Shown here: one piece after another, positions 1 to 7,782 of the stretch
Position numbering within the stretch: the first letter of the stretch is position 1
Layout: each line of letters opens with the position of its first letter
Assembly (NCBI GenBank): GCA_000320545.1
Contig: ADNK01000695.1
Span: forward strand, 1-37,519
Direction: 5' to 3'
Length of the DNA: 37,519 bases
From: Bigelowiella natans CCMP2755
Taxonomy: Eukaryota > Protista > Cercozoa
Program-made: the position numbers and the translations under genes
Notes under the pieces: generated by a model
What the model was told of the DNA's origin: nothing
Seen by the model: the letters and a program-made list of their open reading frames with translations, nothing else
Database searches by the model: none

Positions 1-48
1 GAACAGGATGCTAACTCCCTACCCCAGGCTATTAGAAAATAGAGAGCA

Positions 49-1638
49 ATGATGCAGCATGAGAGAGAACCTGTTAGAGACTTTGCCACGCGCTTCCAGG
101 ATATGATCGACGAACTACATGATTTTAATTACAACACAGGTGATGATCAGGCAAGGTTTGAAGAGTTCAAGTTAAAGATAAAGGAATCCACTTACGTTAC
201 GGAGAAAGGCTACACCACGATGGAGGCAGCAGTGCAGGCTATATCCCTACGCGAGCAGGAGCAGGACCGCAAGTTTACCAGCCCTAAGGTACCTGGCATA
301 GGAAACATTAACGCTATTAAGCCGCAGCGAGACTGGTACAAGGACAGGGAAGGTAACCGACGTTGCGGATACTGCTCACGTAAAGGGAAACACACCGCTA
401 AAGACTGCAGAGACAGGAAAGAAGGACGACCCAGGATGACGATCAGGCAGCTCAACGAACACTACGAGAAGTTAAAGAGAAAGAAAGGCAGAGGACAAGG
501 ATATAACAACAGCAAATGGCAAGGCAGCAACAACGGGAAGAACAATAAATATAAGAACAAAAAGCAGAACAGTATCAATGCTATACAGCAGCAGATAAAC
601 GGAATATTAGATCACCTTAAGCAGGCGCCGACGAAGACAGCAGTACCAGCAACGCAGGACCAAGACAAGCCCATGACCCTAGACGACATAAAGAACTTAG
701 GAGTATGCAACATTAATGACGAAGACGCTAACAGGACTATCAAAGTTGCTATGACCAAGGTTAAAGTTAAAGACAGCTACGGAGACTACAAGAAACTACC
801 TGCCCTTTGGGATAGTGGCAGCATGCCGAAGTCCTTCATAAGCCTAAGCACAGTAAGAAGGTTAGGACTATTGGATCAAGTGACTAAGAAAGAACGTAAA
901 TATGCTCAAGCAGACGGAAGCTCTTCCATGAAGACCGTCGGTGAGCTAATGCTAAAGCTACAGATACCTGGCAGCGACGCGGAGACCCAAATCAAGACCC
1001 GAGTAGCCATGACTTTATCCATGGAACTACTCCTCGGACAGGATGCCCTAGAAAAATTAGGGGGGATCATATCATTCTACAATCACAAGATATACTTTGC
1101 TAAGTTGCCAAAGAAGTCAGGCAGGACCATCAGCCAGAACATGATACGGCTTGACGAGTGGACCTCTGAGTCAAGCGTTAATGCGTTAGAGTTTATGGAC
1201 CTAGCGGACAACAAGCTACCTACACCTACCGAGCTACGGAAGAAGAACCCCGGCAAGACCATCCGACAGATAACGGAGCTACTGGACAAGACCCCCCCAG
1301 CTGATGATTGGGATATCGACAAAGGCAAAAAGTACATTAATAAAATATTAAACGAGAAGTACTCTGACATCACCAAGCCGACGACGAAGCCCTCCAGCAA
1401 GCTTACCCCAGTAAAGATCGAGCTAAAGAAGGGATACGAAGAGTGCATCATCAATGACCCAGAACATAGGCGACCGGAAGCGGACTGGGAAAAGATAGAG
1501 TGGCAGATCAATGAATGGGCAAAGGAAGGGAAGATAGAGCCAAGCAACTCACCATGGAACGTGAGACATGTGCTAGCTAAGAAACCTACTTACCCTTTCT
1601 TCCGCTGGCGCACAACTTCATCCGCCACAACCGAGTAA
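49..1638 (+). CDS. gag-pol: Gag C-terminal part + zinc knuckle + aspartic protease + first RT residues
   Basis: Gag-like QxxxExVxDFxxRF; knuckle CGYCSRKGKHTAKDC; protease ALWDSGS...LLLGQD; RT start GKIEPSNSPWN. The same frame continues upstream to base 1 but has a TAG at 40-42. Confidence 0.9.
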   Translation: MMQHEREPVRDFATRFQDMIDELHDFNYNTGDDQARFEEFKLKIKESTYVTEKGYTTMEAAVQAISLREQEQDRKFTSPKVPGIGNINAIKPQRDWYKDREGNRRCGYCSRKGKHTAKDCRDRKEGRPRMTIRQLNEHYEKLKRKKGRGQGYNNSKWQGSNNGKNNKYKNKKQNSINAIQQQINGILDHLKQAPTKTAVPATQDQDKPMTLDDIKNLGVCNINDEDANRTIKVAMTKVKVKDSYGDYKKLPALWDSGSMPKSFISLSTVRRLGLLDQVTKKERKYAQADGSSSMKTVGELMLKLQIPGSDAETQIKTRVAMTLSMELLLGQDALEKLGGIISFYNHKIYFAKLPKKSGRTISQNMIRLDEWTSESSVNALEFMDLADNKLPTPTELRKKNPGKTIRQITELLDKTPPADDWDIDKGKKYINKILNEKYSDITKPTTKPSSKLTPVKIELKKGYEECIINDPEHRRPEADWEKIEWQINEWAKEGKIEPSNSPWNVRHVLAKKPTYPFFRWRTTSSATTE

Positions 1639-4229
1639 TAAAGAGGATCCAGACACCTACACCAAGGATAGATGACGTTATTGAACACGTCATAGGATAC
1701 AAATACTACTCTTCCCTAGATAAAAATGAATCATACATGCAGACACCCATCCACAAAACCTCCCGCCCCATTACCGCGTTCTCCAGCAGGCACAGGAAGT
1801 GGCACTTCGTCGTATTCCCTTACGGCCTAAGCATATCAGGGGATGCGTTCAGTAGTCAGAACTACAGGGCATACACACATGATGGGATGGCGTCTGTGTT
1901 GTGGGTGTTTGTGTTTGTGTATGTGGATGATGACATAATATGTACCAACACAGTCGTCGCTCAGATCTTCCTCCTGGAAAATATATTTATTAGGTTTGCA
2001 CACTTCGGTTTTACTATTAGACTGCAGAAGTGTACATTCCTAGCTACAAGAATCAAGTGGTGTGGATATTACCTGGAGCAAGGCCGCATCACCCCAAACC
2101 CCGAGAAAGTAGCAGCACTACAGCAAGCCCCTAAACCTAAGAATGCAAAGGAGTTAAAGTCATTCTTGCAGACTGCAGCTTGGATACTACGTAGGTTCTC
2201 CCCTACCTACGCTAGGACTGCAGCTGCTTTTACTACTGCTTACCGGAAGGAGAACTCTGTAGGCCTCAGCTTCGCTAAGGTGTGGGCCAAGGCTGGCCTT
2301 GATGCCCACTTCGATAACCTAATAAAGTTATGCAGCAACACCCTATTGAATGCTAAGCTAGACACTACTAGACCAGCTACCCTATGGACAGACTGGTCTA
2401 AGCTAGGTATGGCTGCTGTACTTACCCAAGACCAGCAGATCATACGGGTGTGGGGCAGGGCCTGCACAGCAGCTGAGGCCAAGTACAGCCCTACAAAAGG
2501 AGAGTATAAAGCCATGACTGAGGCGCAGAGGAAACTAAGACACTACCTGCTGTCGGTGCCCAGCTTCACCTTAATGACTGACCACAAGCCCCTCCTAGGC
2601 ATCGACCGCAAGCTCGAAGCGCCTAACGATGAGTATGCAGCTATGAGGGCGGACACGGAAGAGTTTAGGGACAAGAGGACAGTGGTCTACGCACCAGGAG
2701 ACAAGCAGCTTGCTGACTATTTCAGCAGGCTGTTCGAAAAGAAAGTCCCTACCCAGGTCACCCCTATGGTTAACGCGATTACCTTCGAGGACGGCGACTT
2801 CCTGCCTGAGCCAGAGGAGCTCCAGCACCTTCAAGAACACCTGGATAAATACAAACACAAGCATGAGGTACTTAGTGATAGGATATATGTATACACTAAT
2901 AATGTTAGGCGTACCTACGTGCCACGGCGGACCAGGGGAGCCCTTCTCTTTACCGCCCATGGACCTGCACACGTAGGAGAAAACCATATCACTGCTCTAC
3001 TCTACCATTACTACTGGCCCTACAAGCTAAAAGAGATAAGGACATACCTGCGTGGCTGCAGGTGCTCCAGCTTGAAGGCGGCAGGCGTCGCCACCAAGGA
3101 GTCCAGCAAGAGCCGTGCATCTAAGAAAATCAAAGCAAGGAACTTCTTAGATATCGTGCAAATTGATGTTTATAAGTACGATGGCTATCACTACCTTACC
3201 TTCGTTGATGTGGCCACTGGAAAGTGCTGGGTTAAAAAGATTATCAAGGTCAACGTTGCTAAGAAGAACAAAGGCTTATATAAGCAGAGGCTTACTAACT
3301 GCTACCGTACCTGGGAGTCTGAGCTCCAGGCTATCCCTGATGAAGTTAGCATAAACAAGATACCAAAGAAGTTACATGTGGATAATGAGACCTCTCTTCT
3401 ACAGCTACCACACCCTAATATTGATGCCTCACCTGTATACTATGCCCAGTCCAACTCCAAGGTAGAGCGACTCCACCGCACCTTGGCCAACCTAAGCAGG
3501 ATAAATAGCACCACACCAGACAAGATACAAGGGTTAGTAAACGACACCTTCACGTCTGGGGGAGGTATCAAGGATAAGGAGAGGGAAGAAGGCGACGACA
3601 ACGACGACGATACCGAGAGCGAAGACGAGAAGGTCCCGTACGATGGCCGAGTTCTAAAGGAAGGACAGTATGTTAGGGCCAAGGTAAATCTGAGATCGAG
3701 AAATAAACAAGACCCCTTCTGGGGTGGCGTTGCAAAGGTTACCGAGAGGAAGGGGAGGAAGCAGTACTACATCTATGATGGGAACAGGGTCACCTTGCGC
3801 CACATCAGTCACCTAAAGAATTATGATATCGGTGAGAAGCTCCTAGAGGATGTTAAAGTAAACCCTACTGTGTGGGAGCGAGCAATGCCTTGTTTAGGAC
3901 CCCGACCTAAGTTCGATGTGGAATATGGAAACAATAAGGTCAGGGTGAACGACGATTGGCGCATGAAGATTGTCTATCTAGGCTACCCTGGATTACGAAA
4001 TATGGAGAGGGTAGCTATGAAAATAAAGGACGGAAAATATCAGCTACTCTACCTAGCTGTTCCCGACTTACCCTTTGAGCACTGGTATAAGGTCCTGGGG
4101 GACCTTGATGCAGAGGGCTGGTATGGACACGAACCTAAGGACGAAGGTGAGTTCTGGGTAAGCGACAAAGGAGATAAGGTTAGAGAGGAATCTATTACCT
4201 GGTGGTTGGTGAAGTTCCGAAAGCGATGA
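1605..4229 (+). CDS. pol: Pol: reverse transcriptase, RNase H, integrase, GPY/F-like module and C-terminal Dam-like domain
   Basis: This frame is open from 1581 and reads LAHNFIRHNRVIKRIQTPTPRIDDVIEHVIGYKYYSSLDKNESYMQ (RT N-terminus) upstream of the listed 1737 start. Then FPYGL, YVDD; RNase H LWTDWS...YSPTKGE...TDHKPL; integrase HGPAH...CRC, QIDVY, HVDNE, SKVERLHRTL. Confidence 0.92.
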   Translation: MAHNFIRHNRVIKRIQTPTPRIDDVIEHVIGYKYYSSLDKNESYMQTPIHKTSRPITAFSSRHRKWHFVVFPYGLSISGDAFSSQNYRAYTHDGMASVLWVFVFVYVDDDIICTNTVVAQIFLLENIFIRFAHFGFTIRLQKCTFLATRIKWCGYYLEQGRITPNPEKVAALQQAPKPKNAKELKSFLQTAAWILRRFSPTYARTAAAFTTAYRKENSVGLSFAKVWAKAGLDAHFDNLIKLCSNTLLNAKLDTTRPATLWTDWSKLGMAAVLTQDQQIIRVWGRACTAAEAKYSPTKGEYKAMTEAQRKLRHYLLSVPSFTLMTDHKPLLGIDRKLEAPNDEYAAMRADTEEFRDKRTVVYAPGDKQLADYFSRLFEKKVPTQVTPMVNAITFEDGDFLPEPEELQHLQEHLDKYKHKHEVLSDRIYVYTNNVRRTYVPRRTRGALLFTAHGPAHVGENHITALLYHYYWPYKLKEIRTYLRGCRCSSLKAAGVATKESSKSRASKKIKARNFLDIVQIDVYKYDGYHYLTFVDVATGKCWVKKIIKVNVAKKNKGLYKQRLTNCYRTWESELQAIPDEVSINKIPKKLHVDNETSLLQLPHPNIDASPVYYAQSNSKVERLHRTLANLSRINSTTPDKIQGLVNDTFTSGGGIKDKEREEGDDNDDDTESEDEKVPYDGRVLKEGQYVRAKVNLRSRNKQDPFWGGVAKVTERKGRKQYYIYDGNRVTLRHISHLKNYDIGEKLLEDVKVNPTVWERAMPCLGPRPKFDVEYGNNKVRVNDDWRMKIVYLGYPGLRNMERVAMKIKDGKYQLLYLAVPDLPFEHWYKVLGDLDAEGWYGHEPKDEGEFWVSDKGDKVREESITWWLVKFRKR
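3850..4226 (+). other. Degenerate phage-Dam/DIRS-type N6-adenine methyltransferase-like domain at the Pol C-terminus
   Basis: VNPTVW..LGP...D...DDWRMKIVYLGYPGLRNMERVAMKI......LYLAVPDLPFEHWYKVL follows the DIRS/Dam pattern P.vf...GP..D...DW....Y.(N/F)PP....rvl.Ki......l.aP.wp...Wf..L. The catalytic NPPY position reads GYPG. Alignment by eye only. Confidence 0.6.
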
Positions 4230-4272
4230 AGGTCTAAGGGAATAAGGAAGGAAGGAAGGAGCAACGTGACTT

Positions 4273-4280
4273 GGGGGAGG
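4273..4280 (+). promoter_or_regulatory. Polypurine tract (plus-strand primer)
   Basis: GGGGGAGG directly abuts the TG LTR start. A second purine run, GGGAATAAGGAAGGAAGGAAGGA, lies at 4238-4260. Confidence 0.7.
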
Positions 4281-4801
4281 TGTAGCGCGTACCACTACGC
4301 GGGCACAAGTCACGTGCGACAACAAAGGGGTTGTCGCGGATATAGAATATAGATAACGTAGATATTAATACAGCATAGGCACGTGGGTTCCGGCGGGACT
4401 CATGGCAGCACACCGGAAGTGTGCTGCCCCACGTGCGGCGGCATTCGCGAAAGCTTCGCGAATGATTACGCAGTGCACGATTTAATAAAAATATAATCTT
4501 TAATAAAAATAAACACAACTCTTCAAAAGGAAGCAAACGTGCCTTTCCCCCCCCCTGCCTACTTGTGCACGTAGCGCCTCGGCCTGTGAACACCTTACGC
4601 GCAACATGTGCCAGACGGCAGTGGATCCAAAAACGACGCAGTGTTGTCTTCCATATATATCCACCACGTTTGACAAGGGGTTGCACGCCGACTACTGGAT
4701 GAGACTGGAGGCCTTCTGCCAGCAGAACGTCATTGAATCCCCAAGCATCCTCCGCATGTAGCTGTCTCCTACATTCATGAAAGTGCAGAGTGTCTGCTAC
4801 A
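4281..4801 (+). repeat. 3' LTR (~521 bp)
   Basis: Starts TGTAGC right after the PPT and ends at the inverted GCTACA (4796-4801). Contains AATAAA motifs (~4484, ~4502) and TATATAT (~4654). The 5' LTR is not in the window, so the right end is unconfirmed. Confidence 0.62.
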
Positions 4802-5212
4802 TCTTGGTGATGTACGTGCGCTGCCGCATTGTGTGACTGCAGCTAGGATGACCATTGCATGAAGCAACGCTGTCTTCGACATGTCTGTCAGAGGTCAGAG
4901 GGAATGGCTGGACGAACGGATGCAGCCTGATCGATTGGACTGCCAGCCAACTACAAGCACAAGCATGATGAAATGATGATGAATGTAGCTAGATAGCCAG
5001 AGCGAGCGATTACACATTGCATTTTTTTTGTCATCATTGCCATGAACTAAAGGTACATTTGTAACATGTGTGGTAACTGCATGTGTATTACAGTATCTAT
5101 TGAACAATGATAATAAATAAACTACATTTCCAAAATGTTACAAGACATTTGCAGTGAAGCTCATTTAATTCAGTGAAAAAAGCATCTCAAAAAGATAACA
5201 TAACACTAGCTG

Positions 5213-6157
5213 CTATGCAGCTTTTTCAAATTGCTTATGATCCAGAACATCCAATTTGCCGAATCCACCAGCCTCATAAAATTTCTTACATTCCTCAATT
5301 GCTTTGCGATCCTTCAGGAAGACACCGGGGAATCCCATTGTCTCACCGCCCCAGATTCCTGGCTCTTTTATGGGTTTTGAGTGACCTATTATAACGTGAA
5401 GATTCTCAATACTTTCTAGCGTAATGGATCCCTTTGTGTCCGAGAATCCAACACTGCTGAAATTTGAGACTGGAATCTTCTTTTTCTCTCCAACAACGGT
5501 TCCCTTTCCATCCACAACATAAAGCCATGTTGTACGGCCTGAATCTATTTCTACATTAAATTTCGATCCTTTCTCCATTTTACAGTCGAGCAAGGTAAAA
5601 TCAATCGGAAGCTTCTCGTTCTTCGGCGCACTTGTCTTTCTAAACGTTCCAGCTACAACTTTAACTCTCACACCTTTCTCTTCTTCACAGACAGGCAATA
5701 AATTGCTCTCTACTGTCATCATCCGTGGCTTCTTCGATTTTTCACTCTCGGGAATATTCACCAATATTTGAAGCCCGTGCACAGGCTTTTTTGCCTTCAA
5801 AGGATACTCTTCGTGCACCATTCCCTTATTCGAAAGTGTGTAATGAATATCACCAGGCCTTATTGTATTACCGCCTAGCTCCAAAGATGTCCTATTGGCT
5901 ATGCTACCCTCACTGTTGTCAAATATGTAAGACACTGCTGCGCACCCAGCATGTTTATGCGGAGGGAATATGGGTGTATCCATAATGTAGTGGTCGAGTT
6001 GAAGAATGGGATTCCTGAGTTCAAATGGTACATCAAGATGGGCAGCTTGGAATTCTTTGCCTCGGATGGTGACTGTTTTCATGGCCTTCCGACCTTCGTA
6101 AACTATTTTCTTCATCATTTCCAGTGAGTGCCTCTTTCTAACATGTAAACATGACAT
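5213..6157 (-). CDS. Pirin-family bicupin protein, intronless
   Basis: FPPHKHAG (His-x-His), SYIF, IRPGDIHY, KGMVHEE (His-x-Glu), HGLQILVNIP, VKVVAG and a C-terminal pirin-like PIKEP..WGG...VF.......Y..G.FG segment. The start could be a later Met. Confidence 0.92.
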   Translation of the reverse strand: MSCLHVRKRHSLEMMKKIVYEGRKAMKTVTIRGKEFQAAHLDVPFELRNPILQLDHYIMDTPIFPPHKHAGCAAVSYIFDNSEGSIANRTSLELGGNTIRPGDIHYTLSNKGMVHEEYPLKAKKPVHGLQILVNIPESEKSKKPRMMTVESNLLPVCEEEKGVRVKVVAGTFRKTSAPKNEKLPIDFTLLDCKMEKGSKFNVEIDSGRTTWLYVVDGKGTVVGEKKKIPVSNFSSVGFSDTKGSITLESIENLHVIIGHSKPIKEPGIWGGETMGFPGVFLKDRKAIEECKKFYEAGGFGKLDVLDHKQFEKAA

Positions 6158-6493
6158 GGGAGTGAATAAGAATGAGTATTTTTTATTTATTTGCTCTTTA
6201 AAGTTACAAACTCAGCATTTAAGAAAATAGTCAAAACAACATCAAGAGTTTTTCCTTCTAGATATTTGTAACTTTTAAAATGCTATGCAATCATACATAC
6301 ACGTATGCGCGTCTACACACACTCATACACCCCAACGGAAATAATGTGGTTTCTCTATCTCTGTCTGTCTGTAGCTGCCAGTATTTATCAATCTAATCGT
6401 CCCTCTTTTTTTCATTCACCTTTGGTACATGCCCTCCCCCCTCCAATCCCCCAAAAACCCACACCCACTCGCACACACGGGATCAATCAACCA

Positions 6494-6514
6494 CTAGATC
6501 TAGATCTAGATCTA
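6494..6514. repeat. (CTAGAT)3.5 self-complementary short tandem repeat
   Basis: ctagatctagatctagatcta. Confidence 0.85.
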
Positions 6515-6590
6515 CCTGAAAAGCCGCCAGAATCCCTCAGGAGCGGCGAGTTGCCATAGCGTCGCAAGTTAGCCTGTGGCACTGAGTGAG

Positions 6591-6770
6591 CCCACCAAAC
6601 CACGCACAAGTGATGATTTGATGGTGCGACAATGGTTTTACGTTACCGCTGGAGTAAAAACTAGACCAGTCAAACCTTGTCTCCCCACCAAACCACACAC
6701 AAGTGATGATTTGATGGTGCGACAATGATTTTACGTTACCGCTGGAGTAAAAACTAGACCAGTCAAACCT
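6591..6770. repeat. Tandem duplication of an 87-bp unit (6591-6677 and 6684-6770; period 93)
   Basis: cccaccaaaccac(g/a)cacaagtgatgatttgatggtgcgacaatg(g/a)ttttacgttaccgctggagtaaaaactagaccagtcaaacct occurs twice with 2 mismatches. Confidence 0.95.
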
Positions 6771-6825
6771 AATCCGCTACTGAGGTAACCAATGGAGCAG
6801 AGGAAGATGTCATCCCGGCCTCGTA

Positions 6826-7782
6826 CAAGGGGGATTCACTCCCCCTGGTTTTGGTCCGTGTCATGCTCGGAATCCAATCCAAACTTCTTCCGAAGCACCA
6901 CAGAAGACTTCTGGACGTGTGAGAAGGTCCAGAATTGTCCAGAAAGTGGTGCAAAAAAGTGGATTTTCAAGGAAAAAAATCGAGGGCAAAAACTTTGGGT
7001 GCCGCGGAAAGGGTCCACTTTGCGTGTTGGCTCAAAAAAACATGCTCAGAGGCCGTGTCAACAGCAACTCCATCACCTCCAGAAGTTCCACTTCAAAGTT
7101 CGCAAAATTGAACGTTTCCGCGCCAAAAAGGTGCTTTTTTTTTGTGGTTTTGACTTTGGTGAGTTTTCGATGTGTGGCTCCTAGCGGCCTGCACGGTGCC
7201 GATGCGGCAATCAATGAAGCTGGATGTGATGCGCGACGCGCAGCTCCAGAGCTGCTTGGGATTGGACGCACGAGCAAGACGTGTGGGCACGATGGCGCAC
7301 ACTGGCACACTTTGTGCGTGCCCAGCGCGCGCGCACGCAAGCACTCACAGCTTCCCACTCTGATGCACACTTGTCACTTGATCATCAAATTGAAGCTAGA
7401 CACGTCGCGACGTCGCGCACGACTGGATGATCGACGCTGCGCACGTGATCAGTCACACACGCTGGTGCACACATCGATGGGAAGGGCGGGAATGATGAAC
7501 AATGAACGATGAACAAAGCATTGATCAAATCTGCATGCGCCAGCAGGGAAGTGGGTTGGGCACATCTGAGACATCCCAGTGACTCGATGCCAAGAGTTCC
7601 GCCAATGTGCATCTTGGGCAATTTCACTGGACACTTTGTGGATGGTTTTTGAAGAAAACATTGAGGAATTTGAACAAAATTTGCATTTTTTTGGGTGAAA
7701 TCGAAAAATTTTCCCGGCTGACGCCGGGGCAAAACCGCCGAGCATGACACGGACCAAAACCTGGGGGAGTGAATCCCCCTTG
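6826..7782. mobile_element. Non-autonomous DNA transposon (MITE-like, 957 bp) with 45-bp TIRs and a 9-bp TSD
   Basis: TIR CAAGGGGGATTCACTCCCCCTGGTTTTGGTCCGTGTCATGCTCGG (6826-6870) matches its reverse complement at 7738-7782 with 1 mismatch. Flanks are GGCCTCGTA (6817-6825) and GGCCTCGTG (7783-7791). A 9-bp TSD is typical of Mutator-like elements. No transposase is visible. Confidence 0.9.

Larger units (their letters stand above)
1..4801 (+). mobile_element. Ty3/Gypsy LTR retrotransposon (5' end outside window), probably a disabled copy
   Basis: Domain order gag-PR-RT-RNaseH-IN is the Ty3/Gypsy order. Purine tract at 4273-4280 is followed by TGTAGC at 4281, with the matching GCTACA at 4796-4801. 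In-frame TAG at 40-42 and a frameshift near 1605. Confidence 0.93.

Noticed and set aside
210-4686. Antisense and alternative-frame ORFs within the retrotransposon and LTR
   Set aside because: Shadow ORFs of gag-pol with no motifs; no env-like features.
6591-6770. Repeat pair differing only at adenines near an RT gene, as a possible diversity-generating retroelement TR/VR
   Set aside because: Only two differences, no target ORF, and the RT is a Ty3/Gypsy Pol rather than a DGR RT.
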